NCBI GenBank assembly: GCA_017466325.1 | Contig: JAFTUK010000007.1 | Coordinates: forward strand, 11,315-75,314 | Source of the DNA: Bacteroidaceae bacterium | GTDB taxonomy: Bacteria > Bacteroidota > Bacteroidia > Bacteroidales > Bacteroidaceae | DNA: 64,000 bases | Reading direction: 5' to 3' | Shown: piece after piece, positions 38,490-47,817 of the stretch | Layout of the letters: every line of letters starts with the position of its first letter | Numbering within the stretch: the first letter of the stretch is position 1 | Position numbers and translations under genes: made by a program | The notes under the pieces: generated by a model | Databases searched by the model: none | Told to the model about the DNA's origin: nothing | The model's input: the letters and a program-made list of their open reading frames with translations, nothing else

Positions 38490-39020
38490 ATGAACAACAA
38501 AACCTTATTAGAGAACCTGAGGGTAGTACCCGACTTCCCCATCCCGGGCATCCAGTTCCAGGACGTCACCACCCTATTCAAGAATCCCGAGTGCCTGAAG
38601 ATCATGCGCGACGAAACACTTGCCATGTACAAGGACAAGGGCATAACCAAGGTGGAGGGCGTGGAAAGCCGCGGTTTCCCCCTCGGTGGCATACTGGCGG
38701 CAGAACTGAACGCCGGCTTTGTTATGGCCCGCAAGCCGGGAAAACTCCCCGGGGAGGTGATAGAGCAGGTATATGAGAAGGAGTACGGACAGGACAAGAT
38801 TTGCATGAGTTCGGACGCCATAGACACCAACGATGTAGTGCTTCTCCACGACGATTTGCTCGCCACAGGCGGGAGCATGAGGGCGGTTTACGACCTCGTA
38901 CGCAAGTTCAACCCCAAGAAGATCTACATCAACTTCATCATTGAACTTACCATCGAGGGCCTGCACGGCAGGGATGTCTTCGATGCAGATACGGAGATAA
39001 CCACTCTGATGGTGATTTAA
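38490..39020 (+). CDS. apt: Adenine phosphoribosyltransferase
   Basis: MNNKTLLENLRVVPDFPIPGIQFQDVT..VLLHDDLLATGGS. I chose the internal ATG because the tracked 5' extension is encoded by repeats. Confidence 0.9.
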   Translation: MNNKTLLENLRVVPDFPIPGIQFQDVTTLFKNPECLKIMRDETLAMYKDKGITKVEGVESRGFPLGGILAAELNAGFVMARKPGKLPGEVIEQVYEKEYGQDKICMSSDAIDTNDVVLLHDDLLATGGSMRAVYDLVRKFNPKKIYINFIIELTIEGLHGRDVFDADTEITTLMVI

Positions 39021-39025
39021 TATAC

Positions 39026-39135
39026 GACCCCTCCCCAACCCTCCCACAGGGGGAGGGAGTATAATGTACTGCTGATGTAAGCACAAGACGGTTGATACCA
39101 CTCCCCTCCCTTGTGGAGGGGTTGGGGGTGGGTCC
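39026..39135. repeat. GC-rich palindromic MITE-like element, complete copy with ~35-bp terminal inverted repeats
   Basis: gacccctccccaaccctcccacagggggagggagt ... actcccctcccttgtggaggggttgggggtgggtcc. Confidence 0.75.
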
Positions 39136-39149
39136 GGTAACCTTCAAAA

Positions 39150-41012
39150 ATGAATATGAAACAAGCTCCCCAGCAACGCCTGAAATCCATCGTGGGCAGC
39201 TTACCCGAACTGCCCGGATGCTATCAGTACCTTGACGAAAACGACACTATCATCTACGTCGGCAAGGCAAAGAACCTGAAGCGAAGGGTAAGCAGTTATT
39301 TCAACCGTGAGCACGATAACTTCAAGACGAGCGTACTTGTTTCCAAGATTCACGATATAAAATACATCGTCGTAAACACGGAAGAGGATGCCCTCCTGCT
39401 TGAAAACAATCTAATCAAGCAATGGAATCCCCGCTATAACATCCTGCTGAAGGACGGTAAAACCTACCCGAGCATCTGCATAACCAATGAATATCTCCCA
39501 CGCATTGTCTACACGAGAAAGATAGACAAGAGACTTGGAACATACTTCGGCCCTTATAGCCACGTTCCAACGTTGCAGGCCCTGCTGGAGCTCATCAAAA
39601 ACCTGTACCCATTACGTCGGTGCCGCGAAAAAATCACCGCAGAAACCATACAGAACGGCAAGCACAAACTATGCCTGGAGTACCATATAAAGAACTGCAA
39701 AGGTCCGTGCTGCGGTCTTCAGAGCAGAGATGAATACCTTTCGTACATAAACGAGGCACGTGAAATCCTGAAAGGAAACACCGGTGAAATCGAACGCCAA
39801 ATGCTTACACAAATGCAATCCCTCGCAGAAGAGATGAGGTTTGAAGAGGCAGAGGCAATAAAGCGCAAATACATCCTTCTGGAGAACTACCGAAGCAAGA
39901 GCGAGGTTGTAAGCAACACTTTGCACAATATTGATGTTTTCAACATAGAAAACGACGAAAAAAACGCCTATATCAACTATCTGCACGTTGTGAACGGTTG
40001 CATAAACCAAGCCTTTACCTTCGAATATTCAAAGAAGTTGAACGAGAGCGCAGAGGAACTTCTCATCGCCGGCATAGGCGAAATGCGTGCAAGATACGGT
40101 AGTAAAAGTCGTGAAATCATCGTTCCGTTCCACGTGGAACTATCACTGGATGGAGTGGAGTTCACCATACCGCAAAGGGGCGACAAGAAGAAGTTGCTGG
40201 AACTCTCGAAACTCAATGCCCTGCAATACAAGAAAGACCGATTAAACCAGGCTGACAAGTTGAATCCTGAGCAGAAACAGGTTCGTTGCCTGAAGGAATT
40301 GCAGGATGCTCTTGGCATGGACACCCTGCCGATGCACATAGAATGTTTCGACAACAGTAACATCAGCGGAGAGGATGCCGTGGCCGGATGCGTGGTGTTC
40401 AGGAAGGCAAAACCAAGCAAGAGCGACTATCGCAAATACAACATCAAGACGGTACAGGGTCCCGACGATTATGCCTCCATGAAGGAGGTTGTACGTCGCC
40501 GATACTCGCGCATGATGGAGGAAGGCACTTCCCTACCCGACCTTATCATAACCGACGGTGGAAAGGGGCAAATGGAGGTCGTCAGGGAGGTTATAGAGGA
40601 CGAACTGAACCTCAATATCCCCATAGCAGGATTGGCCAAGGACGACAAGCACAGGACAAACGAACTGCTCTTCGGCTTCCCCCAGAAGACCATAGGCTTG
40701 CGTCTGGACAGCGCCTTGTTCCGCTTCCTCACACAGATACAGGACGAGGTACACCGCTTTGCCATAACATTCCACAGAGATAAAAGGAGTAAACGACAGA
40801 TTGCCAGCGAGTTGGATAGCATCCCGGGCATAGGGCCAAAGACCAAGGAAGTTCTTTTAAAGCATTTCAAAAGCATGGCAAGAATACGCAAAAGCACCTT
40901 ACAGGACCTAATAGAATGTATAGGAGAAAGCAAAGGAAAGGCACTATATGAGAACCTAAGAACCACCCCTACCCCTCCATTGGAGGGAATAACAGAGGGT
41001 GAAACTCATTGA
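39150..41012 (+). CDS. uvrC: Excinuclease ABC subunit C
   Basis: GIY-YIG N-terminus (PGCYQYLDENDTIIYVGKAKNLKRRVSSYF). 620 aa. Confidence 0.95.
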   Translation: MNMKQAPQQRLKSIVGSLPELPGCYQYLDENDTIIYVGKAKNLKRRVSSYFNREHDNFKTSVLVSKIHDIKYIVVNTEEDALLLENNLIKQWNPRYNILLKDGKTYPSICITNEYLPRIVYTRKIDKRLGTYFGPYSHVPTLQALLELIKNLYPLRRCREKITAETIQNGKHKLCLEYHIKNCKGPCCGLQSRDEYLSYINEAREILKGNTGEIERQMLTQMQSLAEEMRFEEAEAIKRKYILLENYRSKSEVVSNTLHNIDVFNIENDEKNAYINYLHVVNGCINQAFTFEYSKKLNESAEELLIAGIGEMRARYGSKSREIIVPFHVELSLDGVEFTIPQRGDKKKLLELSKLNALQYKKDRLNQADKLNPEQKQVRCLKELQDALGMDTLPMHIECFDNSNISGEDAVAGCVVFRKAKPSKSDYRKYNIKTVQGPDDYASMKEVVRRRYSRMMEEGTSLPDLIITDGGKGQMEVVREVIEDELNLNIPIAGLAKDDKHRTNELLFGFPQKTIGLRLDSALFRFLTQIQDEVHRFAITFHRDKRSKRQIASELDSIPGIGPKTKEVLLKHFKSMARIRKSTLQDLIECIGESKGKALYENLRTTPTPPLEGITEGETH

Positions 41013-41103
41013 TATGTATTGATTAAATGATTATAAACTAAATATTAAATTAAACCGCACTATCTACTCCCCTCCATAGAGGGAGGGGTTAGGGGGTGGG
41101 TCC
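40961..41103. repeat. GC-rich palindromic MITE-like element overlapping the uvrC 3' end
   Basis: aaccacccctacccctccattggaggg ... actcccctccatagagggaggggttagggggtgggtcc. The left arm encodes the uvrC tail TTPTPPLEG. Confidence 0.65.
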
Positions 41104-41111
41104 TAAACATT

Positions 41112-41999
41112 ATGGAAGAAAACAAGTATGAACACATGTTGGCCGAGTACAACACCAACATCAAGGACGAGGAAGTAAAGCGTGCCGTGGCACGTATCAT
41201 TGAGGACAAGGTTGCCGAGAACGACACCTTGGAGGTCAAGAAGTTCCTGATGGGCAGCGTGGAACTGACCACACTGAAGACCACAGACAGCGATGAAAGC
41301 GTGCTGAAATTCACTGAACGCGTGAACGAGTTTGAGGATGCATATCCCGATCTGCCACACGTGGCCACCATCTGCGTGTACCCCTGCTTCGCACAGATTG
41401 TCAGCCAGAGCCTCGAGGTTGAAGGCGTGGAAGTGGCTTGCGTAAGTGGTTCTTTCCCAAGTTCCCAGGCACTGATAGAGGTAAAGGTTGCCGAGACAGC
41501 CCTGGCCATAAAGGATGGCGCCACGGAGATAGACATGGTGATGAGCGTGGGCAAGTTCCTGAGCGGAGATTATGAGACAGTATGTGATGAAATCAGCGAA
41601 TTGAAGGCCGTTTGTGGCGAAAAGAAGTTGAAGGTTATCCTGGAAACAGGCCTCCTACCCTCTTGTGCGGACATAAAGACCGCCAGCCTTCTGGCCATGT
41701 ATGCAGGTGCCGACTACATCAAGACAAGTACCGGCAAGGAACAGCCTGCCGCCACCCCCGAGGCTGCCTACGTAATGTGTCAGGCAATAAAGGAATATTA
41801 CGATAAAACCGGCATTCGCATTGGCTTCAAGCCTGCCGGAGGTCTGAACACCGTACACGATGCCCTTGTGTACTATACCATAGTAAAAGAAGTGCTGGGC
41901 ACCGAATGGCTCACCAACCAGTACCTGCGCCTTGGCACCAGCCGCTTGGCCAACCTGCTCCTTAGCGAAGTACAAGGCGAGGAAGTGAAGTTCTTTTAA
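41112..41999 (+). CDS. deoC: Deoxyribose-phosphate aldolase
   Basis: ADYIKTSTGKE (Schiff-base Lys region). 295 aa. Confidence 0.88.
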   Translation: MEENKYEHMLAEYNTNIKDEEVKRAVARIIEDKVAENDTLEVKKFLMGSVELTTLKTTDSDESVLKFTERVNEFEDAYPDLPHVATICVYPCFAQIVSQSLEVEGVEVACVSGSFPSSQALIEVKVAETALAIKDGATEIDMVMSVGKFLSGDYETVCDEISELKAVCGEKKLKVILETGLLPSCADIKTASLLAMYAGADYIKTSTGKEQPAATPEAAYVMCQAIKEYYDKTGIRIGFKPAGGLNTVHDALVYYTIVKEVLGTEWLTNQYLRLGTSRLANLLLSEVQGEEVKFF

Positions 42000-42026
42000 A
42001 AGAGGTAAGACCCGACGACGACGGAC

Positions 42027-42214
42027 GGACCCTCCCCCACCCTGTCCTCTCGTCGCAATGGAGATTGCTCCCCTCATGGAGCAAAGATTGACATTCAGTC
42101 AATCCGCCAAGGACTCCATTCGCCACAAGGGAGGGGAGTAGTAACAACCGCCTAAGTGTCCATATCTGCAATACATCATACTCCCCTCCCTTGTGGAGGG
42201 GTCGGGGGAGGGTC
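42027..42214. repeat. GC-rich palindromic MITE-like element(s)
   Basis: ggaccctcccccaccc ... ttcgccacaagggaggggagt ... actcccctcccttgtggaggggtcgggggagggtc. Confidence 0.7.
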
Positions 42215-42399
42215 TTTTCCCTCTTGACAATCCAAAATTCACGCCCCTGTGGCCGAAAAAGTGAAAGAAAACGATTCTCACGAGGCAAAGAAATGCCCTT
42301 TGCAGATGATTATTAGTCTGTTAAGGGCATTTTTATTTGCATCATCCTTTTTGTGATCTAGAAGAACGAGAGAAGAAACAACGATTATAAGTCACGTTA

Positions 42400-43530
42400 A
42401 TGATAAAAATTAGCTATCTTTGTGCAAAAGATGGCACTACTATGCAAAAATGGAATACCCTATGTAAAGATGTCTTAGAAAAGAAGACAAAAGAAGCAGG
42501 CGAACAGGAGTATCAAGAACTTATATATAATCATTTCCGCCTTCTACTGGGTTGGCACTGCGAACGTGTAGAAAAACAGTACAAATTAAGGGTGGGCAGT
42601 AGCATTAACTACGTATATCCGGACATCGTTTTCTTCAATAAAGAAACACCCGCATTCGTCATTGAGATGAAAAAGCCCAACCACCTTCAAAACAGGGATG
42701 AAGTTGTACAACTACATTCCTACATGAAACTATTGCCCGTACAATTCGGTCTTTATATCGGAGAACACATTGAACTTTATTATTATGAATTCGGCAAAGA
42801 ACCCATCAGTGTTTTTCAAATCAACTTTACAATAGACTCGCCAAAAGGAAAGACATTCGTAGACCTTTTCAATCAGGAGAACTTTAGCATTATGGAACTT
42901 GCCTCCTTCTGCAAAGCACAAATTGAGAAGTTAGAACAGGAAAAAGAAATAAAGAGGTATATCAATGATTTTGTAACAGAAAATGGCAAGGAAACTTTAT
43001 CAAATCTACTGGAGTTACACTTATTGAGCGAAGGGTATAGCGAAAACAACGCTAAAAGAATCATAAGTGAATTAGAAATCAATGTTGGTCTTAAACACAA
43101 ACACCAAGCCATTAGTACAGAAGAACATACATCATACAAAACAAGAAAGACAGAGAAAAGAAGTAAGAAGGACTACACTCACTACACATTAAACGGCCGA
43201 GGACATTATGGGAAGGGGCGCTTGGCCTTGGCAATTGTCAAATTATTTGTAGAAAACAACCCTCATCTCACCTTCTCTGAAATACATAAACAGATTCCGT
43301 TGGATACAATGTCATATAGCGCAATACAAAGTTGGAAAGAAAGCACGAATGACATGAAAAAGGACAACAGATGGTTTGAAAGCCAAGAGGACTTAATGAA
43401 AAGCTCTGATGGCATACTTTTTGCATTTACCAGAGAAATTGGAAAAAGTAACATCAACAAAATTATTGATTTTGGGCGAAAACAAGGCTATAAAATAGAA
43501 CCAGTCCTGACAACACAACAAGTCCTGTAA
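42400..43530 (+). CDS. Orphan protein with an HsdR_N-like PD-(D/E)XK nuclease motif
   Basis: YVYPDIVFFNKETPAFVIEMKKPNH shows the D..ExK pattern seen in type I R-subunit N-terminal domains. The ORF is AT-rich. The start could instead be the internal MQKW. Confidence 0.55.
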   Translation: MIKISYLCAKDGTTMQKWNTLCKDVLEKKTKEAGEQEYQELIYNHFRLLLGWHCERVEKQYKLRVGSSINYVYPDIVFFNKETPAFVIEMKKPNHLQNRDEVVQLHSYMKLLPVQFGLYIGEHIELYYYEFGKEPISVFQINFTIDSPKGKTFVDLFNQENFSIMELASFCKAQIEKLEQEKEIKRYINDFVTENGKETLSNLLELHLLSEGYSENNAKRIISELEINVGLKHKHQAISTEEHTSYKTRKTEKRSKKDYTHYTLNGRGHYGKGRLALAIVKLFVENNPHLTFSEIHKQIPLDTMSYSAIQSWKESTNDMKKDNRWFESQEDLMKSSDGILFAFTREIGKSNINKIIDFGRKQGYKIEPVLTTQQVL

Positions 43531-43882
43531 GTTTATTTTGCAGAGGCCAAATGGACTTGGAGCAAGAAACTCACAAAACCACCCCCCAAAGACACATAAA
43601 TATGGCCTCCATGAGAACAAGGGTTTGTTGTCCCGACAACACGTCCTTGTCACCGTTGAGGACAAGCGCTTGTCCTCGGGAGAACCGAATAACAGCCTCA
43701 TGGGACCCGAATTTATGGGTCGGAAAACAGGACTGTTATTCCGACGTTCATCATATATTTTCCATCTTAAACCCAAACCGTCCAATAGGCAGTTACGCGC
43801 TAAGGAACGAATGGGTAAAACCTCGTCGGAGTAATGTGAATTGTTTGTATATTTGCAGAAATCACAATACTCCTTACAACAA

Positions 43883-43924
43883 TCACGGGCACCGCATGAC
43901 GCAAGTGCCCGTGACTGTTTTTTT
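43883..43924 (+). terminator. Rho-independent terminator
   Basis: tcacgggcac-(12 nt)-gtgcccgtga followed by ctgttttttt. Confidence 0.65.
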
Positions 43925-43950
43925 ATTACATTCTATAAATATAGGCTGCC

Positions 43951-44931
43951 TTACAGCGCCCTCTTTGCCACGTAATCGAGATAGTACTGCAGGGTTTGGG
44001 CAATGGCGGTCTCCCCTACCTCATCCAGCAAGCCGGTGGCCATGCCAGACATGTCGCCCATGGCACTTTCGGCATACACTACCCCACCCTCCTGACGGGT
44101 AAGGGCAACCAGATGGGCTATCTCCTCCTGCGTGGCCTCGCCGGCACGTACTTTCAGGGCAAGGGCATGAGCCTCGGGGTTCTTGTTGGCAACGTAGATG
44201 ACGGGCAGGGTGAGTTTGCCTTCCTTCATGTCGTTTCCGGCAGGTTTGCCCACATCGTGCTGGTCGTCGTAGTCGAAAATGTCGTCCTTCAACTGGAAAC
44301 AGATGCCGAGAAGCATGCCGAAACGCTTCATTGTATATATATAACCGGCATGATCCGTGGCAAGCAAAGCACCCATTTCCGCACAGGCGGAGAACAGGGA
44401 TGCCGTCTTCTTGCGCACCACCTCGTAGTAGGCGCTCTCCTCTATTTCTTTGCTGTCCACATTGGCCAACTGAAGGAGTTCGCCGTCTGAAAGCATGATG
44501 CCCACGTTGGATACAAGAGCCACTACCCTACTGTCGCCGCATGCCACGGCATGTTCTATGGCCTTGCTGAGCAGGAAATCGCCCACCAGCACGGCCGCCT
44601 TGTTGTCCAAAAGGCTGTTGATGCTCTTCTGACCACGTCGGCGGTCACTCTCGTCAACGATGTCGTCATGCACCAAAGACGCCGTATGGAGCAGTTCCAT
44701 GGCAATGGCAGCATGGATTACCTCGTCGCAAAGCACGGGAGCGCTGTTGTCGGCACCACGGGCTGCCAGAAGCACCAAAATGGGGCGCATCTGCTTGCCT
44801 GTGCGACGTGTCAGGTGTTCCAGTGCCTTGTTGAGCAACGGATTGTCGGACGTGAGCGTTTCACGGAACATTTCGTTGAAGCGCAACAGGTCGGCCTCTA
44901 CGGGCTTTCTTATCTCTTTCAGTAAATCCAC
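43951..44931 (-). CDS. ispB: Polyprenyl (octaprenyl-type) diphosphate synthase
   Basis: DDIVDESDRRRG and DDIFDY aspartate-rich motifs. I prefer a GTG start at 44929-44931. The tracked 639-aa ORF extends through the promoter and antisense to polA. Confidence 0.85.
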   Translation of the reverse strand: MDLLKEIRKPVEADLLRFNEMFRETLTSDNPLLNKALEHLTRRTGKQMRPILVLLAARGADNSAPVLCDEVIHAAIAMELLHTASLVHDDIVDESDRRRGQKSINSLLDNKAAVLVGDFLLSKAIEHAVACGDSRVVALVSNVGIMLSDGELLQLANVDSKEIEESAYYEVVRKKTASLFSACAEMGALLATDHAGYIYTMKRFGMLLGICFQLKDDIFDYDDQHDVGKPAGNDMKEGKLTLPVIYVANKNPEAHALALKVRAGEATQEEIAHLVALTRQEGGVVYAESAMGDMSGMATGLLDEVGETAIAQTLQYYLDYVAKRAL

Positions 44932-44958
44932 TTGACTTTTGTAGTGTGTTACGATTTG

Positions 44959-44966
44959 CAAATTTA
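44959..44966 (-). promoter_or_regulatory. Candidate -7 box (TAAATTTG) for ispB
   Basis: TAnnTTTG match 28 nt upstream of the proposed GTG. Confidence 0.35.
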
Positions 44967-45000
44967 TATAAAAACACGGAATTTTCTCACTTATTTTCAT

Positions 45001-45008
45001 TATTTTTG
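45001..45008 (+). promoter_or_regulatory. Candidate -7 box (TATTTTTG) for polA
   Basis: TAnnTTTG match 23 nt upstream of the ATG. Confidence 0.4.
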
Positions 45009-45030
45009 TAGGCAAATAAGATAAATAGTC

Positions 45031-47619
45031 ATGAAACTGTTCCTTTTGGATGCATACGCTCTCATCTACAGAGCCTACTATGCCTTCATCAAAAACCCGA
45101 GATACAACTCCAAGGGCGAGAACACGAGCGCCATACTGGGCTTTGTGAACACCCTGGAGGACGTCCTGCGCAACATGCGCCCCACTCACCTTGGAGTGGC
45201 TTTCGACCCCCACGGAGGCACTTTCCGCCACGAGGCCTTCCCCGACTACAAGGCCCAGCGCGAGGAGACGCCCGAGGCCATACGCTTTGCCGTGCCCAAG
45301 ATAAAGGAGATACTGGAGGCCTACCACATTCCCGTGCTGGAGGTGCAGGGGTATGAGGCCGACGATGTCATTGGCACATTGGCACATCAGGCTGACCTCC
45401 AAGGCATTGAGACCTACATGATGACCCCCGACAAGGACTATGGCCAGTTGGTGACCAACAACGTGAGCATGTACCGCCCGCCCGTAGGCAAGAGCGAGGC
45501 ACAGGTCATGGGTCCCAAGGAGATTTGCGAGAAGTGGGGCATAGAGTCGCCCCTGCAGGTAATAGACATCCTGGGACTGATGGGCGACTCCAGCGACAAC
45601 ATCCCCGGTTGCCCCGGAGTGGGAGAGAAGACCGCCTGCACCCTCATCCAGCAATGGGGAAGCATAGAGAACCTGCTGAACAATACCGACAAACTGAAGG
45701 GCGCCATACAGAGGAAGGTGACGGAGAATGCCGAGCTCATCAGGCAGAGCCATTGGTTGGCAACAATAGTGAAGGACGCTCCCATCACGCTGGATATGAA
45801 GGCACTGGAAATCAAGGAACCCGACCACAATGCCCTGCAGGAGATATACGAGGAACTGGAGTTCAGACAACTCTTGAAGAAGACCCTCCCCCCTGCCCCT
45901 CCCAAAGGAGGGGAGTGGTCACAACCGACAAGTAATACGTCTATACATAATACTACCCTCTCTAAGAAGGGAGAAGGAGGAGGGGCCTCTATGCTTGGCG
46001 GCAATTTCCGCTTCAAAGACGGCAGCATACAGGGCGATTTGTTTTCCGACATTGTATCAAATACACCTGTAACTACTCCCTCCCATACAGGGGAGGGACG
46101 GGGAGGGGTCCTGCCTATGGACGAGCCTCCGTTCATCCTGGATGGCAACACCATCATAGGGCACGATCTGAAGGCGCACTGGCAGGAACTCACCGCACAG
46201 TATCCCGAGGTGCAAACTTTTGGTTTAGAGACCGATGGAGTAGGGGAGAAGCAACTCTTCGACACCGCCATAGCGCACTACCTCCTGCATCCTGAAATGC
46301 GCCACGGACTTGACTATCTGAAGGATGCCTACCGCAAAGCCACACTGAAGGAACTGAAGGAACTCTTCGAGAAGGAGTTGCACGACACAGGCCTTTGGGA
46401 CATCTTCCGGCAGATGGAGATGCCCCTGATGTGCGTACTGGCACGCATGGAGCAGACGGGAGTACGCATAGACGAACCGGGGCTGGCAGAAACAAGTCGC
46501 CACTTCACCGAGGAAATGATGCACCTGGAGGAAGAGATATACCGACTGGCAGGACAGAGGTTCAACATCGCCTCGCCCCGGCAGGTGGGCGAAATCCTCT
46601 TCGACGTGCTCCAACTGGATTCCAAGGCCAAGAAGACGAAGACCGGACAATACGTTACCGGCGAGGAAGTGCTGGAAGGCCTGCGCCACAAGCACGAGGT
46701 GGTAGGCAAGATACTGGAGCACAGAGGATTGAAGAAACTGCTGGGCACATACATCGATGCCCTGCCCAAACTGGTCAATGCCTCCACGGGACACATACAC
46801 ACCACCTTCAACCAAACCGTCACCACCACGGGACGCCTGTCCTCCTCCAACCCCAACCTGCAGAACATCCCCGTGCGCGATGCCATGGGCAAGGAGGTGC
46901 GCAAAGCCTTCATCCCCGACGAGGGGCAACTCTTCTTCTCGGCCGACTACAGCCAGATAGAACTTCGCATCATGGCACACCTCAGCAAGGACGAGAACCT
47001 GGTGCAGGCATTCCTCTGCGGAGAGGACATACATGCCGCCACGGCAGCCAAGATATTCCACAAGGACATCAGCGAGGTTACCTCCGACGAGCGGCGGCGT
47101 GCCAAGACGGCCAATTTCGGCATCATCTACGGCATCAGTGCCTTTGGCCTGGCAGAGCGCCTCGGATGCTCCAGAAGCGAAGCAAAACAACTCATAGACG
47201 GTTATTTCCTGACCTATCCCGGAGTGAAGGAATACATGGAGCGGAGCATAGCCATGGCACGCGAGAAGGGGTACACCGAGACCATCTTCCACCGCCGTTG
47301 CCCCCTGCCCGACATAAACAGCCACAATGCCGTGGTACGAGGCTATGCCGAGCGCAATGCCATCAACTCGCCCATACAGGGCAGTGCAGCCGACATCATG
47401 AAGATAGCCATGATACGTGTGGACCGCCGCATGCGCCGGGAAGGCCTCCGTAGCCGCATGATTCTTCAGGTGCACGACGAACTGAACTTCAGCGTCCTGC
47501 CCGAAGAACGCGACCAACTCCAGCGACTCGTCATAGAGGAGATGCAGAATGCCGCCTCGCTCACCGTTCCCCTCATAGCCGATGCAGGGTGGGGCAGCAA
47601 CTGGCTGGAGGCGCATTAA
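45031..47619 (+). CDS. polA: DNA polymerase I
   Basis: 5' nuclease N-terminus (LLDAYALIYRAYYAF). The polymerase motifs DYSQIELR and QVHDEL are present. 862 aa. Confidence 0.95.
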   Translation: MKLFLLDAYALIYRAYYAFIKNPRYNSKGENTSAILGFVNTLEDVLRNMRPTHLGVAFDPHGGTFRHEAFPDYKAQREETPEAIRFAVPKIKEILEAYHIPVLEVQGYEADDVIGTLAHQADLQGIETYMMTPDKDYGQLVTNNVSMYRPPVGKSEAQVMGPKEICEKWGIESPLQVIDILGLMGDSSDNIPGCPGVGEKTACTLIQQWGSIENLLNNTDKLKGAIQRKVTENAELIRQSHWLATIVKDAPITLDMKALEIKEPDHNALQEIYEELEFRQLLKKTLPPAPPKGGEWSQPTSNTSIHNTTLSKKGEGGGASMLGGNFRFKDGSIQGDLFSDIVSNTPVTTPSHTGEGRGGVLPMDEPPFILDGNTIIGHDLKAHWQELTAQYPEVQTFGLETDGVGEKQLFDTAIAHYLLHPEMRHGLDYLKDAYRKATLKELKELFEKELHDTGLWDIFRQMEMPLMCVLARMEQTGVRIDEPGLAETSRHFTEEMMHLEEEIYRLAGQRFNIASPRQVGEILFDVLQLDSKAKKTKTGQYVTGEEVLEGLRHKHEVVGKILEHRGLKKLLGTYIDALPKLVNASTGHIHTTFNQTVTTTGRLSSSNPNLQNIPVRDAMGKEVRKAFIPDEGQLFFSADYSQIELRIMAHLSKDENLVQAFLCGEDIHAATAAKIFHKDISEVTSDERRRAKTANFGIIYGISAFGLAERLGCSRSEAKQLIDGYFLTYPGVKEYMERSIAMAREKGYTETIFHRRCPLPDINSHNAVVRGYAERNAINSPIQGSAADIMKIAMIRVDRRMRREGLRSRMILQVHDELNFSVLPEERDQLQRLVIEEMQNAASLTVPLIADAGWGSNWLEAH
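45882..45987. repeat. GC-rich MITE-like element inserted in frame inside polA
   Basis: gaccctcccccctgcccctcccaaaggaggggagtggt ... actaccctctctaagaagggagaaggaggaggggcc. Confidence 0.65.
46075..46111. repeat. Solo arm of the GC-rich element inside polA
   Basis: actccctcccatacaggggagggacggggaggggtcc. Confidence 0.6.
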
Positions 47620-47730
47620 AACGGAAAGGTGAAAACGGAAAACTGAGTTGAACGGATGAGCGGGTGAGAGGTTAGCGGATTAGTTTTCCGTTTTCCGTTT
47701 TCCCATTTCCGTTTTCCCATTTCCGTTTCT
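47618..47730. repeat. GAAAACGGAAA-type palindromic repeat cluster
   Basis: aaacggaaaggtgaaaacggaaaact ... agttttccgttttccgttttcccatttccgttt. The loop carries GGTGAGCGG-type units. Confidence 0.75.
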
Positions 47731-47817
47731 CCACTCCGTCCTACGTTAAAGAATGCGAAATACTTGCACCATAGAGCACTTATTCGTACCTTTGACCCTT
47801 GAAAACAAGCCTTTGAC

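Noticed and set aside
44932-45870. The 5' two-thirds of tracked ORF 43951..45870 (639 aa)
   Set aside because: Only the last ~326 codons look like a polyprenyl synthase. The extension runs through an AT-rich promoter region with TAnnTTTG boxes and then antisense to polA.
33328-47616. Other long shadow ORFs (33328..34224, 36256..36984, 37402..37920, 45438..46271, 46225..47616, 46395..47453)
   Set aside because: Same reasoning: they overlap frdA, mnmG and polA out of frame or antisense, and they have no motifs.
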